From assembly GCA_964016885.1 (NCBI GenBank), contig OZ024741.1, positions 68,944,001 to 69,008,000 on the forward strand: 64,000 bases of DNA, written 5' to 3'. The notes beneath the pieces are model-generated. The model ran no database searches, had not been told where the DNA came from, and saw nothing but the letters and a program-made list of their open reading frames with translations. The position numbers and the translations under genes are program-made. Within the stretch, counting starts at the first letter, position 1, and each line of letters starts with the position of its first letter. Source of the stretch: Eledone cirrhosa (taxonomy: Eukaryota). Positions 15,001 through 30,000 of the stretch are shown here, piece by piece.

Positions 15001-18000
15001 GATTACACATATAGACCATGTTGTTGCCAGGATAAAACATATAGACCATGTTGTTACCAAGATAAAACATAGAGACCATGTTGTTACCAAGATAAAACAT
15101 AGAGACCATGTTGTTGCCAAGATAAAACATAGGGACCAAGATAAAACATAGGGACCAAGATAAAGCATAGAGACCATGTTGTTGCCAAGATAAAACATAG
15201 AAACCATGTTGTTGCCAAGATAAAACATAGGGACCAAGATAAAACATAGAGACCATGTTGTTACCAAGATAAAACATAGAGACCATGTTGTTACCAAGAT
15301 AAAACATAGAGACCATGTTGTTACCAAGATAAAACATAGAGACCATGTTGTTGCCAAGATAAAACATAAAGAACATGTTGTTACCCAGATAAAACATATA
15401 GACCATGTTGTTACAAAGATAAAACATAGGGACCATGTTGTTGCCAAGATAAAACATATAGACCATGTTGTTATCAACGTAAAACATAGGGACCAAGATA
15501 AAACATAGAGACCATGTTGTTACCAAGATAAAACTTATAGACCATTATGTTACCAAGATAAAACATAGAGACCTTGTTGTTGCAAAGATAAAACATAAAC
15601 ACCATGTTGTTGCCAAGATAAAACATAAAGAACATGTTGTTACCAAGATAAAACATATAGACCATGTTGTTGACAAGATAAAACATAGGGACCATGTTGT
15701 TGCCAAGATAAAACATATAGACCATGTTGTTGCCAAGATAAAACATATAGACCATGTTTTTGCCAAGATAAAACATATGGACCAAGATAAAACATAAAAA
15801 CCATGTTGTTGCCTAGATTAAACATATAGACCATGTTGTTGCCAAGATAAAACATATAGACCATGTTGTTGCCAAGATAAAACATTAAGAACATGTTGTT
15901 ACCCAGATAAAACATAAAGACCATGTTGTTGCCAAGATAAAACATATAGAGCATGTTGTTACCAAGATAAAACATATAGAGCATGTTGTTACCAACATAA
16001 AAATTATAGACCATGTTGTAACCAAGATAAAACATAAAGACCATATTGTTGCCAAGATAAAACATATAGACCATGATGTTACAAAGATGAAACATAGGGA
16101 CCAAGATAAAACTTAGAGACCATGTTGTTACCAAGATAAAACATATAGACCATGTTGTTACCAAGATAAAAGATATAGACCATGTTGTTGCCAAGAGGAA
16201 ATATAAAGACCTTGTTGTTGCCAAGATAAAACATAAAGACCATGTTGTTGCCAAGATAAAACATAAAGAACATGTTGTTACCCAGATAAAACATATAGAC
16301 CATGTTGTTACAAAGATAAAACATAGGGACCATATTGTTGCTAAGATAAAACATATAGACCATGTTGTTATCAACGTAAAACATAGGGACCAATAAAAAA
16401 CATAGAGACCATGTTGTTACCAAGATAAAACTTATAGACCATTATGTTACCAAGATAAAACATAGAGACCTTGTTGTTGCAAAGATAAAACATAAACACC
16501 ATGTTGTTGCCAAGATAAAACATAAAGAACATGTTGTTACCAAGATAAAACATATAGACCATGTTGTTGACAAGATAAAACATAGGGACCATGTTGTTGC
16601 CAAGATAAAACATATAGACCATGTTGTTGCCAAGATAAAACATATAGACCATGTTGTTACCAAGATAAAACATATAGACCATGTTGTTACAAAAATAAAA
16701 CATACAGACCATGTTGTTACCAAGATAAAATATAAAGACCATTTTGTTATCAACATAAAACATAGGGACCAAGATAAAACATAGAGACCATGTTGTTACC
16801 AAGATAAAACATATAGACCATGTTGTTACCGAGATAAAACATAGAGATCATGTTGTTACCAAGATAAAACATAGAGACCATGTTGTTACTGAAATAAAAC
16901 ATAGGGACCAAGATAAAACATAGAGACCATGTTGTTGCCAAGATAAAACATAGAAACCATGTTGTTGCCAAGATAAAACATATAGACCATGTTGTTAATA
17001 AGATAAAACATAAAGACCATGTTGTTACCAAGATAAAACATAAACACCATGTCGTTACCAAGATAAAACATATATACAATGTTGTTACCAAGGTAAAACA
17101 TAGTAACCATGTTGTTACCGAGATTACACATATAGACCATGTTGTTGCCAAGATAAAACATATAGACCATGTTGTTACCAAGATAAAACATAGAGACCAT
17201 GTTGTTACCAAGATAAAACATAGAGACCATGTTGTTGCCAAGATAAAACATAGGGACCAAGATAAAACATAGGGACCAAGATAAAACATAGAGACCATGT
17301 TGTTGCCAAGATAAAACATAGAAACCATGTTGTTGCCAAGATAAAACATAGGGACCAAGATAAAACATAGAGACCATGTTGTTACCAAGATAAAACATAG
17401 AGACCATGTTGTTACCAAGATAAAACATAGAGACCATGTTGTTACCAAGATAAAACATAGGGACCAAGATAAAACACAGACCATGTCGTTGCCAAGATAA
17501 AACATATAGACCATGTTGTTACCAAGATAAAACATATAGACCATGTTGTTGCCAAGATAAAACATAGAGACCATGTTGTTACCAAGATAAAACATAAGGA
17601 CCATGTTGTTACCAAGATAAAACATATAGAACATGAAGTTGCTAAGATAAAACATATAGACCATGTTGTACCAAGTTAAAACATATAGACCATGTTGTCC
17701 CAAGATAAAACATATAGAGCATGTTGTTACCAAGATAAAAATTATAGACCATGTTGTTACCAAGATAAAACATAAAGACCATATTGTTGCCAAGATAAAA
17801 CATAGAGACCTTGTTGTTGCAAAGATAAAACATAAACACCATGTTGTTGCCAAGATAAAACATAAAGAACATGTTGTTACCAAGATAAAACATATAGACC
17901 ATGTTGTTGACAAGATAAAACATAGGGACCATGTTGTTGCCAAGATAAAACATATAGACCATGTTGTTGCCAAGATAAAACATATAGACCATGTTTTTGC

Positions 18001-21000
18001 CAAGATAAAACATATGGACCAAGATAAAACATAAAAACCATGTTGTTGCCTAGATAAAACATATAGACCATGTTGTTGCCAAGATAAAACATATAGACCA
18101 TGTTGTTGCCAAGATAAAACATTAAGAACATGTTGTTACCCAGATAAAACATAAAGACCATGTTGTTGCCAAGATAAAACATATAGAACATGTTGTTACC
18201 GAGATAAAACATATAGACCATGTTGTTACCAAGATAAAACATAGGGACCATGTTGTTACCAAGATAAAACATATAAACCATGTTGTTACCAAGATAAAAC
18301 ATATAGACCATGTTGTTACCAAGATAAAACATATAGACCATGTTGTTACCAAGATAAAACATAGGGACCAAGATAAGACATATTGAACATGTTGTTGCCA
18401 AGATAAAACATAGGGACCATGTTGTTACCAAGATAAAACATATAGACCATGTTGTTACCAAGATAAAACATATAGACCATGTTGTTGCCAAGACAAAAAA
18501 AAAGGACCATGTTGTTACCAAGATAAAACATATAGAACATGTTGTTACCAAGATAAAACATAGGGACCACGTTGTTACCAAGATAAAACATAGAGACCAT
18601 GTTGTTACCAAGATAAAACATAGAGACCATGTTGTTACCAAGATAAAACATAGGGACCAAGATAAAACATATAGACCATGTGGTTGAAAAGATAAAACAT
18701 ATAGACCATGTTGTTACCAAGATAAAACATGGAGACCATGTTGTTACCAAGATAAAACATATAAAACATCTTGTTGCCAAGATAAAATATATAGACCATG
18801 TTGTTGCCAAGATAAATCATATAGACCATGTTGTAACAAGATAAACATATAGACCATGTTGTACAAAGATAAAACATATAGAGCATGTTGTTACCAAGAT
18901 AAAACATATAGACCATGTTGTTACCAAGATAAAACATAAAGACCATATTGTTACCAAGATAAAACATAGGGACCAAGATAAAACATAGAGACTATGTTGT
19001 TACCAAGAGAAAACATATAGACCATGTTGTTACCAAGATAAAACATAGAGACCATGTTGTTACCAAGATAAAACATAGAGATCATGTTGTTACCATGATA
19101 AAACATAGAGACCATGTTGTTACCAAGATAAAACGTAGAGACCATGTTGTTACCAAGATAAAACATATAGACCATGTTGTTACCAAAATAAAACATAGGG
19201 ACCAAGATAAAACAGAGAGACCATGTTGTTGCCAAGATAAAACATAGAAACCATGTTGTTGCCAAGATAAAACATAGGGACCAAGATAAAACATAGAGAC
19301 CATGTTCTTACCAAGATACAACATACAGATCATGTTATTACCAAGATAAAACATATAGAACATGCTGTTACCAAGATAAAACATTATAGACCATGTTGTT
19401 GCCAAGATAAAACATATAGACCATGTTATTACCAAGATAAAAGATACAGACCATGTTGTTGCCAAGATAAAACATAAAGACCATGTCGTTACCAACATAA
19501 AACATATAGAGCATGTTGTTACCAAGATAAAACATATAGACCATGTTGTTACCAAGATAAATCATGGGGACCATGTTGTTGCCAAGATAAAACATAGAGA
19601 CCATATTGTTACCAATATAAAATATAAAGACCATGTTGTTGCCAAGATAAAACATATAGAACATGTTGTTACCAAGATAAAACATATAGACCATGTTGTT
19701 ACCAAGATAAAACATAGGGACCATGTTGTTACCAAGATAAAACATATAAACCATGTTGTTACCAAGATAAAACATAGAGACCATGTTGTTGCCAAGATAA
19801 AACATATAGACCATTATGTTACCAAGATAAAACATAGAGACCTTGTTGTTGCCAAGATAAAACATAAAGACCATGTTGTTGCCAAGATAAAACATAAAGA
19901 ACATGTTGTTACCCAGATAAAACATATAGACCATGTTGTTACAAAGATAAAACATAGGGACCATGTTGTTGCCAAGATAAAACATATAGACCATGTTGTT
20001 ATCAACGTAAAACATAGGGACCAAGATAAAACATAGAGACCATGTTGTTACCAAGATAAAACTTATAGACCATTATGTTACCAAGATAAAACATAGAGAC
20101 CTTGTTGTTGCAAAGATAAAACATAAACACCATGTTGTTGCCAAGATAAAACATAAAGAACATGTTGTTACCAAGATAAAACATATAGACCATGTTGTTG
20201 ACAAGATAAAACATAGGGACCATGTTGTTGCCAAGAAAAAACATATAGACCATGTTGTTGCCAAGATAAAACATATAGACCATGTTTTTGCCAAGATAAA
20301 ACATATGGACCAAGATAAAACATAAAAACCATGTTGTTGCCTAGATAAAACATATAGACCATGTTGTTGCCAAGATAAAACATATAGACCATGTTGTTGC
20401 CAAGATAAAACATTAAGAACATGTTGTTACCCAGATAAAACATAAAGACCATGTTGTTGCCAAGATAAAACATATAGAGCATGTTGTTACCAAGATAAAA
20501 CATATAGAGCATGTTGTTACCAACATAAAAATTATAGACCATGTTGTAACCAAGATAAAACATAAAGACCATATTGTTGCCAAGATAAAACATATAGACC
20601 ATGATGTTACAAAGATGAAACATAGGGACCAAGATAAAACTTAGAGACCATGTTGTTACCAAGATAAAACATATAGACCATGTTGTTACCAAGATAAAAG
20701 ATATAGACCATGTTGTTGCCAAGAGGAAATATAAAGACCTTGTTGTTGCCAAGATAAAACATAAAGACCATGTTGTTGCCAAGATAAAACATAAAGAACA
20801 TGTTGTTACCCAGATAAAACATATAGACCATGTTGTTACAAAGATAAAACATAGGGACCATGTTGTTGCTAAGATAAAACATATAGACCATGTTGTTATC
20901 AACGTAAAACATAGGGACCAATAAAAAACATAGAGACCATGTTGTTACCAAGATAAAACTTATAGACCATTATGTTACCAAGATAAAACATACAGACCTT

Positions 21001-24000
21001 GTTGTTGCAAAGATAAAACATAAACACCATGTTGTTGCCAAGATAAAACATAAAGAACATGTTGTTACCAAGATAAAACATATAGACCATGTTATTGACA
21101 AGATAAAACATAGGGAACATGTTGTTGCCAAGATAAAACATATAGACCATGTTGTTGCCAAGATAAAACATATAGACCATGTTGTTACAAAAATAAAACA
21201 TACAGACCATGTTGTTACCAAGATAAAATATAAAGACCATTTTGTTATCAACATAAAACATAGGGACCAAGATAAAACATAGAGACCATGTTGTTACCAA
21301 GATAAAACATATAGACCATGTTGTTACCGAGATAAAACATAGAGATCATGTTGTTACCAAGATAAAACATAGAGACCATGTTGTTACTGAAATAAAACAT
21401 AGGGACCAAGATAAAACATAGAGACCATGTTGTTGCCAAGATAAAACATAGAAACCATGTTGTTGCCAAGATAAAACATATAGACCATGTTGTTAATAAG
21501 ATAAAACATAAAGACCATGTTGTTACCAAGATAAAACATAAAGACCATGTCGTTACCAAGATAAAACATATATACAATGTTGTTACCAAGGTAAAACATA
21601 GTAACCATGTTGTTACCGAGATTACACATATAGACCATGTTGTTGCCAAGATAAAACATATAGACCATGTTGTTACCAAGATAAAACATAGAGACCATGT
21701 TGTTACCAAGATAAAACATAGAGACCATGTTGTTGCCAAGATAAAACATAGGGACCAAGATAAAACATAGGGACCAAGATAAAACATAGAGACCATGTTG
21801 TTGCCAAGATAAAACATAGAAACCATGTTGTTGCCAAGATAAAACATAGGGACCAAGATAAAACATAGAGACCATGTTGTTACCAAGATAAAACATAGAG
21901 ACCATGTTGTTACCAAGATAAAACATTGAGACCATGTTGTTACCAAGATAAAACATAGGGACCAAGATAAAACACAGACCATGTCGTTGCCAAGATAAAA
22001 CATATAGACCATGTTGTTGCCAAGATAAAACATAGAGACCATGTTGTTACCAAGATAAAACATAAGGACCATGTTGTTACCAAGATAAAACATACAGATC
22101 ATGTTATTACCAAGATAAAACATATAGAACATGCTGTTACCAAGATAAAACATTATAGACCATGTTGTTGCCAAGATAAAACATATAGACCATGTTGTTA
22201 CCAAGATAAAAGATACAGACCATGTTGTTGCCAAGATAAAACATAAAGACCATGTCGTTACCAACATAAAACATATAGAGCATGTTGTTACCAAGATAAA
22301 ACATATAGACCATGTTGTTACCAAGATAAATCATGGGGACCATGTTGTTGCCAAGATAAAACATAGAGACCATATTGTTACCAATATAAAATATAAAGAC
22401 CATGTTGTTGCCAAGATAAAACATATAGAACATGTTGTTACCAAGATAAAACATATAGACCATGTTGTTACCAAGATAAAACATAGGGACCATGTTGTTA
22501 CCAAGATAAAACATATAAACCATGTTGTTACCAAGATAAAACATAGAGACCATGTTGTTGCCAAGATAAAACATATAGACCATTATGTTACCAAGATAAA
22601 ACATAGAGACCTTGTTGTTGCCAAGATAAAACATAAAGACCATGTTGTTGCCAAGATAAAACATAAAGAACATGTTGTTACCCAGATAAAACATATATAC
22701 CATGTTGTTACAAAGATAAAACATAGGGACCATGTTGTTGCCAAGATAAAACATATAGACCATGTTGTTATCAACGTAAAACATAGGGACCAAGATAAAA
22801 CATAGAGACCATGTTGTTACCAAGATAAAACTTATAGACCATTATGTTACCAAGATAAAACATAGAGACCTTGTTGTTGCAAAGATAAAACATAAACACC
22901 ATGTTGTTGCCAAGATAAAACATAAAGAACATGTTGTTACCAAGATAAAACATATAGACCATGTTGTTGACAAGATAAAACATAGGGACCATGTTGTTGC
23001 CAAGATAAAAGATATAGACCATGTTGTTGCCAAGATAAAACATATAGACCATGTTTTTGCCAAGATAAAACATATGGACCAAGATAAAACATAAAAACCA
23101 TGTTGTTGCCTAGATAAAACATATAGACCATGTTGTTGCCAAGATAAAACATATAGACCATGTTGTTGCCAAGATAAAACATTAAGAACATGTTGTTACC
23201 CAGATAAAACATAAAGACCATGTTGTTGCCAAGATAAAACATATAGAGCATGTTGTTACCAAGATAAAACATATAGAGCATGTTGTTACCAACATAAAAA
23301 TTATAGACCATGTAGTAACCAAGATAAAACATAAAGACCATATTGTTGCCAAGATAAAACATATAGACCATGATGTTACAAAGATGAAACATAGGGACCA
23401 AGATAAAACTTAGAGACCATGTTGTTACCAAGATAAAACATAGAGACCACGTTGTTACCAAGATAAAACCTATAGACCATGTTGTTACCAAGATAAAACA
23501 TAAAGACCATGTTGTTACCAAGATAAAACCTATAGACCATGTTGTTGCCAAGATAAAACATATAGACCATGTTGTTACCAAGATATAACATATAGATCAT
23601 GTTGTTACCAAGATAAAACATATAGACCATGTTGTTACCAAGATAAATCATATCGACCATGTTGTTACCAAGATAAAACATATAGAACATGTTGTTGCCA
23701 AGATAAACCATATAGACCATGTTGTTGCCAAGATATAACATATAGAACATGATGTTGCCAAGATAAAACATATAGACCATGTTGTACCAAGATAAAACAA
23801 ATAGACCATGTTGTACCAAGATAAAACATATAGAGCATGTTGTTACCAAGATAAAAATTATAGACCATGTTGTTACCAAGATAAAACATAAAGACCATAT
23901 TGTTGCCAACATAAAACATATAGACCATGATGTTACAAAGATGAAACATAGGGACCAAGATAAAACTTAGAGACCATGTTGTTACCAAGATAAAACATAT

Positions 24001-27000
24001 AGACCATGTTGTTACCAAGATAAAACATATAGACCATGTTGTTGCCAAGAGGAAATATAAAGACCATGTTGTTACCAAGATAACACATAGGGACCAAGAT
24101 AAAACATAGAGACCATGTTGTTACCAAGATAAAACATAGAGACCATGTTGTTACCCAGATAAAACATATAGACCATGTTGTTACCAAGATAAAACATAGA
24201 GACCATGTTGTTACCAAGATAAAACATAGAGATCATGTTGTTACCAAGATAAAACATAGAGACCATGTTGTTACCGAGATAAAACATAGCGATCATGTTG
24301 TTGCCAAGATAAAACATAGAAACCATGTTGTTGCCAAGATAAAACATATAGACCATGTTGTTAATAAGATAAAACATAAAGACCATGTTGTTACCAAGAT
24401 AAAACATAAAGACCATGTCGTTACCAAGATAAAACATATATACAATGTTGTTACCAAGGTAAAACATAGTAACCATGTTGTTACCGAGATTACACATATA
24501 GACCATGTTGTTGCCAAGATAAAACATATAGACCATGTTGTTACCAAGATAAAACATAGAGACCATGTTGTTACCAAGATAAAACATAGAGACCATGTTG
24601 TTGCCAAGATAAAACATAGGGACCAAGATAAAACATAGGGACCAAGATAAAACATAGAGACCATGTTGTTGCCAAGATAAAACATAGAAACCATGTTGTT
24701 GCCAAGATAAAACATAGGGACCAAGATAAAACATAGAGACCATGTTGTTACCAAGATAAAACATAGAGACCATGTTGTTACCAAGATAAAACATAGAGAC
24801 CATGTTGTTACCAAGATAAAACATAGGGACCAAGATAAAACACAGACCATGTCGTTGCCAAGATAAAACATATAGACCATGTTGTTACCAAGATAAAACA
24901 TATAGACCATGTTGTTGCCAAGATAAAACATAGAGACCATGTTGTTACCAAGATAAAACATAAGGACCATGTTGTTACCAAGATAAAACATATAGAACAT
25001 GAAGTTTCTAAGATAAAACATATAGACCATGTTGTACCAAGTTAAAACATATAGACCATGTTGTCCCAAGATAAAACATATAGAGCATGTTGTTACCAAG
25101 ATAAAAATTATAGACCATGTTGTTACCAAGATAAAACATAAAGACCATATTGTTGCCAAGATAAAACATATAGACCATGATGTTACAAAGATGAAACATA
25201 GGGACCAAGATAAAACTTAGAGACCATGTTGTTACCAAGATAAAATATATAGACCATGTTGTTACCAAGATAAAACATATAGACCATGTTGTTGCCAAGA
25301 GGAAATATAAAGACCAAGTTGTTACCAAGATAACACATAGGGACCAAGATAAAACATAGAGACCATGTTGTTCCCAAGATAACACATACAGACCATGTTG
25401 TTACCAAGATAAAACATAGAGATCATGTTGTTACCAAGATAAAACATAGAGACCATGTTGTTACCGAGATAAAACATTGAGATCATGTTGTTACCAAGAT
25501 AAAACATAGAAACCATGTTGTTGCCAAGATAAAACATAGGGACCAAGATAAAACATAGAGACCACGTTGTTACCAAGATAAAACCTATAGACCATGTTGT
25601 TACCAAGATAAAACATAAAGACCATGTTGTTACCAAGATAAAATATAGGGACTATGTTGTTGCCAAGATAAAACATATAGACCATGTTGTTACCAAGATA
25701 TAACATATAGACCATGTTGTTACCAAGATAAAACATATAGACCATGTTGTTACCAAGATAAATCATATCGACCATGTTGTTACCAAGATAAAACATATAG
25801 AACTTGTTGTTGCCAAGATAAACCATATAGACCATGTTGTTGCCAAGATATAACATATAGAACATGATGTTGCCAAGATAAAACATATAGACCATGTTGT
25901 ACCAAGATAAAACAAATAGACCATGTTGTACCAAGATAAAACATATAGAGCATGTTGTTGCCAAGAGGAAATATAAAGACCATGTTGTTACCAAGATAAC
26001 ACATAGGGACCAAGATAAACATAGAGACCATGTTGTTACCAAGATAAAACATAGAGACCATGTTGTTACCAAGATAAAACATAGAGACCATGTTGTTACC
26101 AAGATAAAACATAGAGATCATGTTGTTACCAAGATAAAACATAGAGACCATGTTGTTACCGAGATAAAACATAGAGATCATGTTGTTACCAAGATAAAAC
26201 ATAGAGACCATGTTGTTGCCAAGATAAAACATAGAAACCATGTTGTTGCCAAGATAAAACATAGGGACCAAGATAAAACATAGGGACTATGTTGTTGCCA
26301 AGATAAAACATATAGACCATGTTGTTACCAAGATAGAACATATAGACCATGTTGTTACCAAGATAAAACATATAGACCATGTTGTTACCAAGATAAATCA
26401 TATCGACCATGTTGTTACCAAGATAAAACATATAGAACATGTTGTTGCCAAGATAAACCATATAGACCATGTTGTTACCAAGATATAACATATAGAACAT
26501 GATGTTGCCAAGATAAAACATATAGACCATGTTCTACCAAGATAAAACATATAGACCATGTTGTACCAAGATAAAACATATAGACCATGTTGTTACCAAG
26601 ATAAAACATATAGACCATGTTGTTGCCAAGATAAAACATATAGACCATGTTGTTACCAAGATAAAACATAGAGACCATGTTGTTGCCAAGATAAAACATA
26701 TAGACCATGTTGTTACCAAGATAAAACATATAGACCATGTTCTTTCCAAGATAAAACATATAGACCATGTTGTTACCAAGATAAAACATAGGGACCAAGA
26801 TAAAACACAGATCATGTCGTTGCCAAGATAAAACATAGAGACCATGTTGTTGCCAAAATAAGACATATAGACCATGTTGTTACCAAGATAAAACATAGAG
26901 ACCATGTTGTTGCCAAGATAAAACATATAGACCATGTTGTTACCAAGATAAAACATATAGACCATGTTGTTACCAAGATAAAACATAGGGACCAAGATAA

Positions 27001-30000
27001 AACATAGACCATGTCGTTGCCAAGATAAAACATATAGACCATGTTGTTGCCAAGATAAAACATAAAGACCATGTTGTTACCAAGATAAAACATATAGACC
27101 ATGTTGTTACCAAAATAAAACATAAAGACCATGTTGTTACCAAGATAAAACATAGGGACCATGTTGTTGCCAAGATAAAACATATAGACCATGTTGTTAC
27201 CAAGATAAAACATATAGACCATGTTGTTGCCAAGATAAAACATAAAGACCATGTTGTTACCAAGATAAAACATATAGACCATGTTGTTACCAAAATAAAA
27301 CATAAAGACCATGTTCTTACCAAGATAAAACATAGGGACCATGTTGTTGCCAAGATAAAACATATAGCCCATGTTGTTACCAAGATAAAACAGATAGACC
27401 ATGTTGTTACCAAGATAAAACATATAGACCATGTTGTTACCAAGATAAATCATATCGACCATGTTGTTACCAAGATAAAACATATAGAACATGTTGTTGC
27501 CAAGATAAACCATATAGACCATGTTGTTGCCAAGATAAAACATATAGACCATGTTGTTACCAAGATAAAACATATAGACCATGTTGTTGCCAAGATAAAA
27601 CATAGAGACCATGTTGTTACCAAGATAAACATAAGGACCATGTTGTTACCAAGATAAAACATATAGAACATTTTGTTGCCAAGATAAAACATATAGACCA
27701 TGTTGTTGCCAAGATAAAACATATAGGACATGAAGTTGCTAAGATAAAACATATAGACCATGTTGTACCAAGTTAAAACATATAGACCATGTTGTCCCAA
27801 GATAAAACATATAGAGCATGTTGTTACCAAGATGAAAATTATAGACCATGTTGTTACCAAGATAAAACATAAAGACCATATTGTTGCCAAGATAAAACAT
27901 ATAGACCATGATGTTACAAAGATGAAACATAGGGACCAAGATAAAACTTAGAGACCATGTTGTTACCAAGATAAAACATATAGACCATGTTGTTACCAAG
28001 ATAAAACATATAGACCATGTTGTTGCCAAGAGGAAATATAAAGACCATGTTGTTACCAAGATAACACATAGGGACCAAGATAAAACATAGAGACCATGTT
28101 GTTACCAAGATAACACATAGAGACCATGTTGTTACCCAGATAAAACATATAGACCATGTTGTTAATAAGATAAAACATAAAGACCATGTTGTTACCAAGA
28201 TAAAACATAAAGACCATGTCGTTACCAAGATAAAACATATATACAATGTTGTTACCAAGGTAAAACATAGTAACCATGTTGTTACCGAGATTACACATAT
28301 AGACCATGTTGTTGCCAAGATAAAACATATAGACCATGTTGTTACCAAGATAAAACATAGAGACCATGTTGTTACCAAGATAAAACATAGAGACCATGTT
28401 GTTGCCAAGATAAAACATAGGGACCAAGATAAAACATAGGGACCAAGATAAAACATAGAGACCATGTTGTTGCCAAGATAAAACATAGAAACCATGTTGT
28501 TGCCAAGATAAAACATAGGGACCAAGATAAAACATAGAGACCATGTTGTTACCAAGATAAAACATAGAGACCATGTTGTTACCAAGATAAAACATAGAGA
28601 CCATGTTGTTACCAAGATAAAACATAGGGACCAAGATAAAACACAGACCATGTCGTTGCCAAGATAAAACATATAGACCATGTTGTTACCAAGATAAAAC
28701 ATATAGACCATGTTGTTGCCAAGATAAAACATAGAGACCATGTTGTTACCAAGATAAAACATAAGGACCATGTTGTTACCAAGATAAAACATATAGAACA
28801 TGAAGTTTCTAAGATAAAACATATAGACCATGTTGTACCAAGTTAAAACATATAGACCATGTTGTCCCAAGATAAAACATATAGAGCATGTTGTTACCAA
28901 GATAAAAATTATAGACCATGTTGTTACCAAGATAAAACATAAAGACCATATTGTTGCCAAGATAAAACATATAGACCATGATGTTACAAAGATGAAACAT
29001 AGGGACCAAGATAAAACTTAGAGACCATGTTGTTACCAAGATAAAACATATAGACCATGTTGTTACCAAGATAAAACATATAGACCATGTTGTTGCCAAG
29101 AGGAAATATAAAGACCAAGTTGTTACCAAGATAACACATAGGGACCAAGATAAAACATAGAGACCATGTTGTTCCCAAGATAACACATACAGACCATGTT
29201 GTTACCCAGATAAAACATATAGACCATGTTGTTACCAAGATAAAACATAGAGACCATGTTGTTACCAAGATAAAACATAGAGATCATGTTGTTACCAAGA
29301 TAAAACATAGAGACCATGTTGTTACCGAGATAAAACATTGAGATCATGTTGTTACCAAGATAAAACATAGAAACCATGTTGTTGCCAAGATAAAACATAG
29401 GGACCAAGATAAAACATAGAGACCACGTTGTTACCAAGATAAAACCTATAGACCATGTTGTTACCAAGATAAAACATAAAGACCATGTTGTTACCAAGAT
29501 AAAATATAGGGACTATGTTGTTGCCAAGATAAAACATATAGACCATGTTGTTACCAAGATATAACATATAGACCATGTTGTTACCAAGATAAAACATATA
29601 GACCATGTTGTTACCAAGATAAATCATATCGACCATGTTGTTACCAAGATAAAACATATAGAACATGTTGTTGCCAAGATAAACCATATAGACCATGTTG
29701 TTGCCAAGATATAACATATAGAACATGATGTTGCCAAGATAAAACATATAGACCATGTTGTACCAAGATAAAACAAATAGACCATGTTGTACCAAGATAA
29801 AACATATAGAGCATGTTGTTGCCAAGAGGAAATATAAAGACCATGTTGTTACCAAGATAACACATAGGGACCAAGATAAACATAGAGACCATGTTGTTAC
29901 CAAGATAAAACATAGAGACCATGTTGTTACCCAGATAAAACATATAGACCATGTTGTTACCAAGATAAAACATAGAGACCATGTTGTTACCAAGATAAAA